From assembly GCA_964016885.1 (NCBI GenBank), contig OZ024741.1, positions 371,318,001-371,382,000 on the forward strand: a DNA stretch of 64,000 nt, written 5' to 3'. Positions within the stretch are counted from its first letter, which is position 1, and each line of letters begins with the position of its first letter. The position numbers and the translations under genes were made by a program. Below the pieces are notes generated by a model. That model ran no database searches and was not told the DNA's origin. It was given only the letters and a program-made list of their open reading frames with translations. Source of the stretch: Eledone cirrhosa (lineage: Eukaryota). Below are positions 42,627 through 59,459 of this stretch, piece after piece.

Positions 42627-42779
42627 TATGTATATATATATATATATATATACGTTATTCCGGGTTGAATCGGAGGTAACCACAGTAAGTAAGGTACTCA
42701 ATACATTGCAGAGTATAAAAGTGTTAATATAGATGAGATTCTACAGGACTAGAACTGTTTCATTCTTTAGAAATCATCA

Positions 42780-42832
42780 GAGATTCCTGATGATTTCTAA
42801 AGAATGAAACAGTTCTAGTCCTGTAGAATCTC
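42780..42832 (+). ncRNA. Type I hammerhead (family H) within a perfect 57-bp-arm fold-back (42724-42843)
   Basis: GAGATTC-CTGATGA-T TTC taaa GAA T-GAA-ACAG ttctagtc CTGT-A^GAATCTC. A degenerate relative lies at ~17853-17945. Confidence 0.78.
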
Positions 42833-42845
42833 ATCTATATTAAAA

Positions 42846-42915
<70 letters not shown>

Positions 42916-42946
42916 AATATATATAAAGTCATCAACCTCGAATTAT

Positions 42947-42984
<38 letters not shown>

Positions 42985-42986
<2 letters not shown>

Positions 42987-43183
42987 TGGCTGCCAACTCG
43001 TTTTCGAGTACGGCCACTACTTTATATCCATGTAGGAGAACCCCTACCGATGCGCTGAACGAGTGTGACTTTTTAGTCCAGCCAGCGACTTGAAACCTCT
43101 GGTACAAACACTACACTTGTGACAATTATTGACACATAGTGCTGGGCCCATGGTACCATGTGACGACAAGTGCAGAGAGATCT

Positions 43184-43187
<4 letters not shown>
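42985..43187 (-). mobile_element. RTE 3' end in (TA)n, same family as 24776-24978
   Basis: Near-identical sequence; [25 protein letters not shown] followed by the terminal hairpin. Confidence 0.8.
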
Positions 43188-43222
<35 letters not shown>

Positions 43223-43243
43223 CATATATATATATATACATAC

Positions 43244-43275
<32 letters not shown>

Positions 43276-43295
43276 GTACATACATATATATATAT

Positions 43296-43357
<62 letters not shown>

Positions 43358-44129
43358 ATCAACGTCGAATTATATACATGTGGGAAGTAGGCTTAATCGC
43401 CAAAACTTACTGGTACTCATTCATTTTATAGGTCCTTAGGGAAACCTTTACACACTTAGCTATGGCAAGTTTTTAATATTTGAAACCAAATACATGAGAA
43501 CCGAACGCAATATTTTAAAATTATATATCAACAATGTGCGTGTATATTTAATTATGTCTCATATAAAATAATACAACTGGTTATCCGCAAACTACGTATT
43601 GTTAGCACCCCAAATGTATAATTGGGATTATACTAAAGTATATCCTAATGTTTGTTGAGTGAGACAGAAGTCGGTCGGAGTATTGCTTAAAGCTTTCTCT
43701 GTTAATGTATTAAATATATGAAAATTATTAACCGTTGAGTGCTTCCAATCTACTGTAAAACTCATTCTTTGACATAATCATCGAATATTGTTTAACAACT
43801 TAATATTTATATATGTATATATATATATATAATTATAAGTTTGAAGAATAGTCAGTCAAAATTTATCCAACTTTTTCTTCTTAGTCCGTAGTAGAAATTA
43901 ACCAGATAAATAGTCATTTTAAACAGAGTTAAGTTTAAAATGTAACTTTGAAGAAATAACAGATAAATGTTATCGATATTCCTTTATGAGGAACAGTCAG
44001 ATAAAATTGACCTAGTCTTTCCTCTCAGTCCATAGACATTAACTAGACAAATAATCAGTTAAACGGAGCTAAGTTTAAAATGTAAGTTTGAAGAAGAAAA
44101 AAAAGATAAACGTTACCAAAAATTCTCCC

Positions 44130-44217
44130 AGACCCGACTATCGATAGTTTCGCTCGTACTTTGTAGAAATGTCTAATCGTTGCATTATCCATTAGGCTTA
44201 GAGCTTTTCAAGAGACT
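44130..44217 (-). ncRNA. Hammerhead with U3-A8 core and long stem II insert (family I)
   Basis: AGTCTC-TTGAAAA-GCTC..45 nt..GAGC-GAA-ACTATCGATAGT-C^GGGTCT. Confidence 0.62.
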
Positions 44218-44355
44218 CCCTCAGTTAGACCGAAATTTTCAAAGTGATCGCCGTTAGTAACAAATTCAAAAGGAGTGAAAATCATCACGTGACTAGCGGT
44301 CAAGATAAAATTGTTGTGAAGGGTGACCGGTGGCAAGAGAGTTCATTGCTACAAG

Positions 44356-44393
<38 letters not shown>

Positions 44394-44519
44394 ACTAGGT
44401 GTGTAACTACAGCTACAGTTTGATGTGTCTTTGCACATATAAACTCGCATATCCGAGGAGATCTCGAGGAAGAGTTGGGCCCCTGATCGATAATGAAACA
44501 ATTTTAATATGCCAATAAA

Positions 44520-44579
<60 letters not shown>

Positions 44580-45265
44580 TGTAGCACTGAACTCGATTCT
44601 ACTTACTTTATGATTTTCCGCCTTGTGTCCAGTTTCCCTAATGGACCCCATTCACCAATTTCTTTAATCTTGCATGCATACACTCGTGCTTACAGTGGCT
44701 CTACCCTTAGCCACTGTCACCCTTATCTCGTCCGCTGTCACACACGCGTGCGTACATTCAGCCCCTGGTTCCTATGGCTCTGTTATGCTCTACACTTACA
44801 CATCTCTACATTTACCTTCACTGCTCTGTACTTACCAACAACGAACACACACACACACACGCACACACGCTCCCTTATATACACACATATTTGCTCACAG
44901 CTTCATACTTACAAACAGACACGCACACATACACACACATACAATCACAGATACGCACGAGCACACGCACAGCTTTATATACAAAACGATGTATTTTCTT
45001 TTTCAGATAGACGCACTTGATCACCACTTTTTAAAACAAGATTATCTTACGCAAAAATGTTTGCGCTTCTGCCACTGCCCATCTCCTCAATCTTTCTCTT
45101 TCTTCATGAATTTCTCATTCTATTATCTAATGAAGGATAGCGTCCGAAACGTTAAGACCCTTTTCCTACTAGATCAAGCGTAAAACTAATAATATATTTC
45201 TTCATCGTACTGTCGTTTGATTTGTTATTTCTGTTTGCCTTTTGCTTACACACACACGCACACTC

Positions 45266-46171
<906 letters not shown>

Positions 46172-46396
46172 ATATATATATATAGATATTATTATATGCT
46201 GAAGACGTATGTATTATATGCTGAAGACGTATGTATTTTTTTCTTACTATGATTGTTTTTTTTCTTACTATGATATTTTGTAATATGTTTTACATAGATC
46301 AATAATTGAATGAACATACAGAGAACTACCCCCCAGAAACGATCGTAAAATAATGTGTCTTACTATGAATTAACAGTTTTGTGTTTAATTTCATTG

Positions 46397-46455
<59 letters not shown>

Positions 46456-46946
46456 GTAATCTGAGTTTTTCGAATATTAATAATATTCGATTCGTTTGCA
46501 ATTATGCAAACGTACCTCAATTTTATAGCCATGTCAGTAGAATGAATACTTCATCGTTGCTCTTGTGTTGGCATGTGAACAGGACTGCAGACACTAATGT
46601 TTCTGGGTATCACCCTTCATCAGTACAGCTCACAGTTCACCTGCCAAACTATCAGTTCACCTGCCGTTTCAACAGCTGTTGAATTTTTCATAATACTCAC
46701 TCTACTACTCTAAGTATCGAGAACTCTGGTTTTTACCGCTTCCATTCTTTAATATATATATATAAATAAATAAATGCCATTGTTAATTAATAAATAAATC
46801 AACTAATACCTTAACACTTCACACAGAGTAAAATATTTCGTTTTAATCATTTTCTAACCCAGAAAAAAAGAGAGAAATAAATAAAAAGGGAAAAAAATAT
46901 TTTTTTCTTCCTAATAATCGTCTTTTTCTCTCTGTTTTCATATATA

Positions 46947-47005
<59 letters not shown>

Positions 47006-47637
47006 TGTGTGTGTGAGTGTGTGTAAACTAAAACTGAACGTCAATCGCCATGCTTTTACCGTTGGATTGGCAGTATCGGTAGAGGGTCGGACGCCATGTT
47101 TTGACGCATAGAGTTACGCCCCTTGCCATTCTGAATTCAAATCCCGCCGAGGTTAACTTTGCCTTTCATCCTTACGGGGTCGATAAAATAAAGTACCAGT
47201 AATACACTGGGTAATTGCTGGCCTTGTGCCAAAAGTAGAAACAATTAAATTAGTCATTCACGATTTACAGCTGTCATTATATTTTACAAGCACTACTAAT
47301 TCCGTAACCAATACGACACTAGTATGACCATTCTGATTCTGAAGATAAAGCCGGTAAGACTTCAAAATGTTAGTACAATACATATATTTAGGAACGCTAC
47401 TGTTCTAAACCAAGCATAAAGAGCTAATATGGAAATACGAAAAATTCCTTTAAAAAAATTATCTAACTTGAGCTGAGTTGTATTTTCAATACAGCATGTT
47501 TGAAAAAAAATTGTTTCCTACTTATACAAATAGCTGACTAAATATACACGTGCTCTCCTCCCGTGAACCATTTTTCCTGTTTCTTCCTTCTTTTTACACT
47601 CGTTCATATTTTGATTTCTTCTTTTATTCCTCATTCT

Positions 47638-47675
47638 ATCTTCCGATGAACGACTAACGCCTGAAACGTTAAGAT
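47638..47675 (+). ncRNA. Decayed minimal hammerhead (family L); relative at ~45122-45157
   Basis: ATCTT-CCGATGA..GAA-ACGT-T^AAGAT and ATTAT-CTAATGA-AGGA..TCC-GAAACGTT. Both are followed by TCAAGCGT.AAACTAATA. Confidence 0.4.
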
Positions 47676-47876
47676 TATTCCCTTACTATATCAAGCGTCA
47701 AACTAATATATATCATCATTGTTCTACTGTATTGTTCTACTGTGTTGACATTTCGCGTACACACACACACACACTACTCTCACACACACACACACTCTCT
47801 CTCTTACACACAGACATCACACTTACATACATATGTATTTATGTGCATGTGTATATATATGTATATAATATGTATG

Positions 47877-49465
<1,589 letters not shown>

Positions 49466-50274
49466 GTTGTTGTTGATGTTGTTGTTTGACTTTTTATCGT
49501 TTGATGCCGCTGTTGTTGTTGTAGATGTTGGTGTTATTCCTTTCGATGCTGTTGTTGCTGTAAATATTTGTGTTGTTTGTTCTGATGCTGTTATTGTTGT
49601 TGTTGTTGTTGTTGTAGATGTAGGTGTTTGTTAATCGTTTTGACTGAGTGGTGGTGATGGTAGCAGGTCAGTGACTTTAGTCTAAAAATAGGTTGGAGAT
49701 TGACGTGTGTGAGTGTAAATGTGGTGGTGGGGAGGAAGTGGATGTAAATGTGATGGTGGGGGCAGAGAGATGTATCTCTTTCATCTGTCCGTTTTTACTT
49801 TTCAAAATTTGAAATTTAGCCATATTTGATTATAAAGCATTAGGGTGTAAATAAAATGTAAACAACGATTGCATTGGGAAAATGTATAAAAATATATATG
49901 AACTTACACAACTTCTGCCAGGTTATTTGCTGAGACAAGTGGGCAATAGTTTGTCGAATTTGGATGTTTGGAAATACATAATTAAACAGAACTTACCCCG
50001 CGACATAGACAGGAGAGACTAAAAACACGTCCGTATACTTCAAATTTCTGATGCCTATATATATATATATATATAGGCATCAGAAATTTGTTGATTATTA
50101 CATTATATATATATATATATATATATATATAATGTAATAATCAACACAATATAATTATTCCATTACCCAAGGTTTCGTGAAGTTAGACGATTCTAACAGA
50201 ACCGTCTGATATCGCTGATCAGATAGAAATCTTTATTTTGGATATATCCAAAAATATATATCCAAAATAAAGAT

Positions 50275-50345
50275 TTCTATCTGATGAGCGATATCAGACG
50301 GTTCTGTTAGAATCGTCTAACTTCACGAAACCTTGGGTAATGGAA
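50275..50345 (+). ncRNA. Type I hammerhead (family J); inverted twin 50158-50228 carries G8>C
   Basis: TTCTAT-CTGATGA-G..AGACGGTTCT gtt AGAATCGTCT..C-GAA-ACC ttg GGT-A^ATGGAA, in the fold-back ~50142-50361. Confidence 0.75.
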
Positions 50346-50486
50346 TAATTATATTGTGTTGTTTGTTACATAATTAAATAACTCTGTACTATACATAGAG
50401 CACTCTTCTTTCCTTTACTTTTTCCACGTAAATACTTAACACACACACATATATATATATACGTATATATATACACACACACATAT

Positions 50487-50571
<85 letters not shown>

Positions 50572-50605
50572 TGTATGTATGTATGTATGTATATATGTGT
50601 GTATG

Positions 50606-50653
<48 letters not shown>

Positions 50654-51184
50654 TGTATGTGTGAGAGAGTGTATGTATGTAAGTATGTGCGTATTTGCAT
50701 GCATGTATAAGATGGGGATGTATATTATATCAACTGACGTATATGTGTGTGCATTTCTGTACGAGTTTAGTGATGAGACAGAGCTCTGTGAGAAGATATT
50801 TCCTCTCATTAATTATTAATTTTCAAACTCTCCTACTTCTTTGTAACAATAACTTGAAGTTGAGCTAGTAATACCTTATTAAGACCTACATTATTTGGAG
50901 CTAGTAGCGCCTTATTAATAATAATAATAATTGTTTCTACTTTTGGCACAAGGCCAGCAATTACCCCAGTGTATTACTGGTACTTTATTTTATCGACCCT
51001 GTAAGGATGAAAGGCAAAGTTAACCTCGGCGGGAATTGAACTCAGTTCATAAAGGGAGGTAACTCTATGCTTGAAAGCATGGCGTCCGACCCTCTACCGA
51101 TGAAATGATTGTGTACAGTGCTCAGGTGCACTACAACCTATATTAAGACCTATATTGCTAAATTATTTGGAACCAGATATTATA

Positions 51185-51632
51185 CAAATTCTTTTATTCT
51201 TTTACTTGTTTCAGTTATTAAACTGCCGCTATGCTGGGGCACCGCCTTGATTTATTCGATCATGTCAACCCTAGTGCTTATTTTCTAAATCTGCTACTTA
51301 TTCCACCGATCTCTTTTCTGTCGAACCGCTAAGTTACGGGACACGTACAGATACACAAACATAAATACAGACAGGGACACACACACACACACACACATAT
51401 TTATATGTATGTATATATGTGTGTATGTTCGTGTGTGTGTCCCCGTGTCTCTATATATATATATACAACGGGCTTCCTCAGATTCCACCTACCAAATTTC
51501 TCTCACAGGGCATTGGTCAATTGGTAAACCCAAGCTATATTAGAAGACACTTGTCCAAGGTACCGCACAACGTGACTGACTCCAGAGCTACGTGGTTGCG
51601 AAGCGAACTCTTTAACCCTGCAGCCATGCCTA
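51185..51632 (-). mobile_element. Long (~450 bp) octopus-type tRNA-derived SINE with internal (CA)n
   Basis: tRNA-like head at ~51570-51632, CCTTGGACAAGTGTCTTCT core, GAACCGCTAAGTTACGGG and an AAGTAAAAGAATAAAAG tail. Confidence 0.72.
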
Positions 51633-54600
51633 CGTCTTCTGTCGGCTGGCACCAAGAGGCAGACGACATATTAGAAAATGTGATTTCTATCTTTAACTTT
51701 TCAAACCCTTTAAATTAGTTGCTTGTGTATATATAGTCCTGTTTGTGTTTACTTATAATAAAGAACGTAGAGAGATTTGATCCCTAAATAAAAAATGTTT
51801 TCAAAGAAGTATTAACTGTAAATCCAAAGGCAAGAAAAGATATAATGGTGATTAGCTGCTAGCTATAGTGATTTCAATGGTAATGTACTAAGACACCACA
51901 TCGAATGCACCAAACCTCCTCGTTGTATTTCAATGGAAAATATCAAAGCTCTTTTGAAATACGACTGCGAATATAAAGTCAAATGCAAAACGAGTGATCT
52001 CATTAAATCCTAATGTATACTTACATATACACATGTGTATGTGTGTGCATTCCTTACTGCATAAACCGTCTTATATTTTCATTTTATTTCGCACACAGAC
52101 ACACACACGCACACACATGTATAGACATGCACACATTCGCACATACGCGCGCAAATAGTTACATCTTTTTATTTTATTTCTTCTATTTTTTCTTCGTCTT
52201 TCTCTTCTTTTCCTTCACCCACATATTCCTGGGAATGTAGAAGGGTAGAAGCCTCAGACACGCCTTCCAGTGAGTCTCATCAGAAGCAACCGTTTCCAGT
52301 TGATCCGGCTGAATTCCCAAGCGTGACCAACCGAACTGATGGAGGTTATACCACCATATTGTTGGGGTTTTACTCCCGGCTCTCCTGCCTGTTGACTTTG
52401 CCCGTAAAATCTATCCAGCGATTCTTTCCTTACACATTTTAACCGCATGTTCGTAGTATCGGAGCTGTGATCTCTCGATTCTGAGAAAAAACAAATCTGC
52501 CTAGAGGGACTCCTTGATCTCCGAGCTACACCTCTATCGAGTAATTACTCCAAAGACCCTTAAAAATAAAAAAAAAAGATGAAACACTTAAAAATGAAAT
52601 CAAGATACATATTTCAATATGAACTTCGGTATTGTGTATTTCCTCTTGTCACGAATGTGTTTCTGGTATTCATATGCTTATAGAATTATATAGTTACGTG
52701 ATACCTTCATCAGCGGAACTGCAAAGGGGGTATTTTACTATTTATATACACCGTGAGACAGAATCCGCTAATATTCCGAAACAGTCGAAATATCAATAAA
52801 AACAAATATGCATGATTTGTTTCGAAAATTACTTTTAAAGAGTGAGTGCTAGAATTACCGAAAGAATCATTGTAGCATCCCAAATAAGACATCTACCCAT
52901 TCCCCAGGGGCAAAGGAGTAGATGTCGCATTTGAGATTCCCTCTTAGCGACTGTTTTGCTTCATCTCACATGTTGGATGTTGCAGGAATAAAATTCTAAA
53001 ATACCACCAAGTTGTTATCAGGTGATGACCGTGTACAAAATGGGGTGGGGGGCTATGTTACATACCACATGGGTTGTCCTTAACCAGAAAGGAGGTATAT
53101 CCATGTCTGTAAGTGCCCTGCCCGTCAAAACACTCTGGCCAGAACGTATAAGCATATAAGGCCAGCGCACAGAGCAAAACCACGTCCTGCTTCCCCAACC
53201 AACCGATAGCGAAAGAGGGCACACCACACTTCTGCTACTTTCCAGTTACACGATGTCACTCCGCTCTTCTGTTTCCGGTAAGGCGCTCAAGCCCCATGAT
53301 GCCACTGTCTTTTATACTTCCGGCAAAGCCCCCAGCCCCTCAGTTAATCCAACACATTAGCCGTGTTATCCCCCACGGAAATGCTTCAAATGTTTTGACT
53401 TGCCTCATAAATTACTAGGGGGAAGCTCTAGCGCCCTTTATCGTGTCATGTGATTGAGTACATTAGGCTTCTGCTCACCCCTCTTTTCTGTGATTATTTT
53501 CCCAGGTTAGGGCAGTGGATTTTCAGAATCGGTAGAGCGTTGGACAACGCGCTTTGTGGCATAATGTTACGTCCCTTTGTGTTCTGTGTTCAAATCCCAC
53601 TCAGGTTAGCTTTTTTTTCCTTTCATCCTTACACCGTCGATAAAATATCAGTAACGCACTGGGGTCGATTTAACCGACATCCCTCTCCCCCAAAATTGTG
53701 GGCATTGTGCCTAAATCATAGCCCTTTATTCCTTAAAAACAAATGTTTAAAAACATTGGATTGAAACCGAACTTATAAAAATAAGTTGTTATATAATTAT
53801 AGGATTAACTATTGCGCAAATATATCGAAAATATTTCTTTTGTGCAAATCGATTAGTGAAAGAAACCAATAAAAGTGAAAGATGATATTATAATAATAAT
53901 TGTTTCTACTTTTTGGCACAAGGCCAGCAATTACCCAGTGCATTACTGGTACGTTATTTTATCGACCCCGTAAGGATGAAAGGCAAAGTTAACCTCGGCA
54001 GGATTCGAACTCAGAATGGCAAGGACCGTAACTATGCGTCAAAGCATGGCGTCCGACCCTCTAGCGATACTGCCAATCCACCGCCCTTGATATTATAATA
54101 ATAATGATATTATTATAATAATGTTTCTACTTTTGGTACAAGGCCAGCAATTATCCCAGTGTATTACTGGTGCTTTATTTTATCGACCCCGTAAGGATGA
54201 AAGGCAAAGCTAAATGATAATATAATTCATTATATGCTAGTAGCGACATTTGGAAATAAAATCAATATCAATACTAATATATAATACGCTTGTGTATTTG
54301 TCTGTCACAAGAGAGATGACTTAAGAAGTAAGGGGTGATAAGGTCGACTGAGAAAGGTGGCAGCATCCAATATTTACTACATCTGTCTGTGTCTATATGT
54401 ATAGCGAATTGCTACACACATTGGCTGTTATGATTATGTGTGTGTTTGTGTGAGTGTATATATGTGTTTGTGTAAATTATATTTATATATAATATTTGTG
54501 TGAGTGTATACGCGTTTGTGTGTGTTTATTTAGAAAGATACATAGACAATAGAATTACAAACACACACGACTCTACACATACATATAAACAGATGTGATG

Positions 54601-54841
54601 ACTGAGGAAGAAGGGCGGTGAGAAACTATAGAAGTCCAGCGTTCTAAGATTCGTCACTGTTGTGTGTTTGTATGTGTAGCGATTTAGCTACACACATTAA
54701 CTGTGTGTTTGTATGTTTGTATCTCAAGTGTGAGTGAGCGCGAAGGAACCAACCAACCAACAAACATACAAGCATCGCTTTTTTTATATTATGTATACAT
54801 ATTACAATTAGCCGTCATTTTTAACGGCACGGGGCCAGCTA

Positions 54842-54908
<67 letters not shown>

Positions 54909-54938
54909 AGTTATATATTAATATATATGATAAACACA

Positions 54939-55722
54939 ATATAAGCTTGTCTTTATTGACTATATCGAGACAGACAAATTGTATTCACTTTAATTAGTTT
55001 GTTTCATGCTGGCTAACTTTGTCTGTTACAATACAAACACGTTTTGTGTTTATCATATATATTAATATATAACTTGTATTTCACTGCTCAGAAATGCCTC
55101 TTTCTTCGAGCTGATTAATTGTAAACGACTATGAGTCTAATCTCTAAATATAATATAGTGTATTGCTCCTTAACTGTAGAGCTGACCTTTAATCCCGTAT
55201 AAACGGCTGTTATTTCTAGCACCGGGAATACGGGATGGCTAGTATAGCTGGCTACACACACGTGTAGTCAGACCTGCAACATTTTTGAAGGTGGAATGTA
55301 CTAATTTTACTGGATTCCTGTTGATAAACACAGAAGATTTGGATATTTCACTTTTTATTTCAACTCCATTTCGATTCTCTTTATTTTTCAATTCATGTAC
55401 TATCGTTGCGAAACATATTTGGGTTTCGAAGTTCAAATTCATCTACGGAGCGGGTTTGGATTTTGAAATTTAAATTTGTCCAGGAATCACGGCTTTTGCC
55501 AATATAAGCTTGTCTTTATTGACTATATCGAGACAGACAAATTGTATTCACTTTAATTAGTTTGTTTCATGCTGGCTAACTTTCTCTGTTACAATACAAA
55601 CACGTTTTGTGTTTATCATATATATTAATATATAACTTGTATTTTACTGCTCAGAAATGCCTCTTTCTTCGAGCTGATTAATTGTAAACGACTATGAGTC
55701 TAATCTCTAAATATAATATAGT
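54939..55722. repeat. ~220-bp near-identical direct repeats (54939-55158; 55502-55722) flanking 340 bp
   Basis: AATATAAGCTTGTCTTTATTGAC..CTAAATATAATATAGT is present twice. Confidence 0.88.
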
Positions 55723-55925
55723 ATATATATATATAATTGTTTCTACTTTTGGCACAAGGCCAGCAATTATTCCAGTGTATTACTGGTACTTTATTTTATC
55801 AACCCCGTAAGCATGAAAGGCAAAGTTAACCTCGGCGGGATTTGAACACAGATCACTCTACTACCCTAAGTATTGAGTACTCTGGTTCGTTATGGTCCAC
55901 CTGGTTCCTTACCACAATTCCTTTG

Positions 55926-55964
<39 letters not shown>

Positions 55965-56033
55965 CATGTGGTTGACGGCTGAGAGAAAAGAGTACTCAAA
56001 ACCGAAGTACCGTTTAAATATTCATTTTATCTG

Positions 56034-56116
56034 GGCTAAATAGTGAGTTTGTACTTGTCTGATGACCCTGTAATAAATAGGTGAAACTCCACAGTAACAA
56101 GACTCACTATTTAGCC
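56034..56116 (+). ncRNA. Type I hammerhead ribozyme, extended form (family K)
   Basis: GGCTAAATAGTGAGT ttgta CTTGT-CTGATGA-C CCTGT aataa ATAGG T-GAA-ACT ccac AGT-A^ACAAG ACTCACTATTTAGCC. Confidence 0.9.
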
Positions 56117-56693
56117 TTAATAAAATAAATATACATATATATACATATGTGTGTGTGTCTCTCTGTGTGTGTTTGTGTATGTGTGCGTGTGCGTATGTAT
56201 GTATATATAAATTTATTTATATAGAAAGATAGAAAGCTAGATAGATAAGTTTATGTATTTGTTTTGCCAGAGTCTTAATGTGAAATCATGTGTTGAAACA
56301 AATATTGTTATATTCTGGAGATTGTAAAGTTGATAATTCAATAACTAATTATTATAAAACCGAAATGAAAATCAAATAGTGTGTGTGTGTTTTATTGAAA
56401 ATAAAAACACGCACTATTCGGCTTTATTATTAGTTATTAGTTAACAGTATCGAGTTATAGCCCTTTATGATCTGAGTTCAATTCCCGCCAAGATTAACTT
56501 TGCATTTCATCCTTACGGGGTCGCTAAAATAAAGTACCAGTCACGCCCTGGGGTCGATTTAAACGACTTTCCCCTCCTGGTTTTATTTTTACTCCATTTT
56601 GTCTTTCTGAAAGACAATCAAAAAATCGTGCGTGTGCTTTTCTTATTGGCAATATTGGCAACATGACCATCGCTAAATATAACAAGATGGATA

Positions 56694-56801
<108 letters not shown>

Positions 56802-56805
56802 CATC

Positions 56806-56849
<44 letters not shown>

Positions 56850-56962
56850 CAGATACTCATATGGCGGTGCTGCACCATTGTCATATCCAACGAACTGGAA
56901 TAGACAAAAGTGTAAAAGAGTAATATATAACAGTATGTATGCATGTATGTATGTTTGTATAT

Positions 56963-56995
<33 letters not shown>

Positions 56996-57278
56996 ATGTG
57001 TGTGCGTGCGTGTGTGTGTGCGTGTGTGTGTGTATTATATATATATATATATTTATTTTTTATCATTTATTTTATTTTGACCTGTTTAGCTTGATTTGGT
57101 TTTTGGCTTGGGTGGTTAATGCCTTCTCGACCACCTTTTCAGTTTTGTATGGCTTCTTAACACATTGTTTAGCTCTGGTTTTTAACTATTGAGCACTTTG
57201 CCAGTATCATTTCTGATTTTTGCGTTTCGCTTCGCTTTTCCTGCCTGCCGAAAATGCGATTCTCGCTGAATCTTTATT

Positions 57279-57313
<35 letters not shown>

Positions 57314-57624
57314 GTATGTGTGTGTATGTGTGTCGGTGACAGAGTTGTCTGCTTGCATGCCCGCGCGCGCATGTTTCTTCTGTCTAAGAAAGGGATTGTT
57401 TCTCCTGAAGAAGCACACAACTTCTGTTTACCATTCTACCATTCTACCATTCTACCATTCTTCTATTCTTCAAATGGAACTAACTGCCTGTAATTTGATC
57501 CCTTTGTCGACTAGAGCAAGACAAATGGAAAGAAAACTTCCTCGAACACCACAGATCTCCTCATGTCAGCTCTCCTTGGTAGATTTACTTTGCAGGGACC
57601 ACATGTTCTTTCTTTTTATCTAAC

Positions 57625-57679
57625 ACTCCTCCCTCCTCTTCCTCCCCCTCCGCATCATCATCATCATCTTCTTCTTCCA

Positions 57680-57716
<37 letters not shown>

Positions 57717-58025
57717 TTCTTCCACATCATCATCATCATCATCATCTAAACCAATTTACTTTTGCCTCCTTCTCCCCCCCCCCTCCTCTTCTTCTTCCCT
57801 CTCCTCCTTCTCGCCCCTCTTCTCCTCCTCCCGCTCCTCATACACCACCACCACACCACATCATCATCAAGATTATCATCATCATCATCATCATCCTCCC
57901 CCTTCCCCCTCCCCCTCCCCCTCCCCCCTCCCCTCCCCACCTTCCTCTTCTTCTCCCGTTCCACCCCCACTACCACCACCACCACCACCACCACATCATC
58001 ATCATCACCATCGTTATAATCATCT
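57625..58025. repeat. Compound (CAT)n/(CCT)n/(CAC)n low-complexity tract
   Basis: Direct reading. Confidence 0.9.
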
Positions 58026-58132
58026 GAACCAATTTACTTTAGCCCCCCCCCCTCCTATCTCTGTTGAAGTCACTTAAATGTTTGACCTACTTCATCTATT
58101 TTTTTTCTTTTTAGGTTTTCGTTGGAACTTTT

Positions 58133-58226
<94 letters not shown>

Positions 58227-58229
58227 CTA

Positions 58230-58304
<75 letters not shown>

Positions 58305-58308
58305 GTAA

Positions 58309-58343
<35 letters not shown>

Positions 58344-58454
58344 GAGGTATCCACAGTAAGTTGTGGGGTCTGTTCTGGGGTCTATATGTATATATATATA
58401 TATATATTATTATATGTATTTATATATATATTATTATATGTATATATATATATG

Positions 58455-58525
<71 letters not shown>

Positions 58526-58615
58526 CACATATATATATACATATATATATATACATATAATAATATATGTATAAATACATATAATAATATATATATATAT
58601 ACATATATATATATT

Positions 58616-58657
<42 letters not shown>

Positions 58658-58682
58658 CAGATACATACATATATACATATAT

Positions 58683-58713
<31 letters not shown>

Positions 58714-59459
58714 CATATATGCATACATACATACACATACACACATATATATATATATGCAAAAAGGTAGGCATAAACGTATATACTATCATTTGCGCAT
58801 AATTATATGTATACATATATACATGCATACATTTATATATGTATGCAGACGTATATATATATATATAAACATACATACATACAAACATACATACATGATG
58901 GCTGCCCCCTCGTTATCGAGTATGGCCATTGCACGAGAAAAAAAATATATATATACATACATACACCCATACATACATACAAACATGCAAACATACAGAC
59001 ATACAAACATACATAGATAGATACATACATATATACATACATACATACCATAGAAGCATATGAATATATGTATGTATCTTTGAAAATATGTAGGCCTGTC
59101 TTTATGAACGTGAATAAATATGTCATTTCCAGAATAACGTCTATGTGTCGACTGTAAATTCAGAGTCCGACCCATCCCACGCCACTTCACACATTCTTCT
59201 ACCTTATTTCTTCCAATTGTTGTGTTGCATACTTTCTTTTATGGTCCCCCAAATTTATATTAACTGGTCTTTTGAAAGTAATTTTTGCTTTTTGCAAAAT
59301 CGTTAACTATAAAATAGTTGAATATATCTGGGATATAGTGCCCTTAGACGTAAAAAGTTTCACAGAATCACCAATGGGAATCGAATCTCACGTCGGTTGT
59401 ATGCCTGAAGGCCGTGTCAGCGTCTACGCCAAAATGTTATTGCCACTCTTATTCTACCA

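Noticed and set aside
57563-58027. His/Pro-rich 154-aa ORF
   Set aside because: Trinucleotide low-complexity tract with no splice or domain context.
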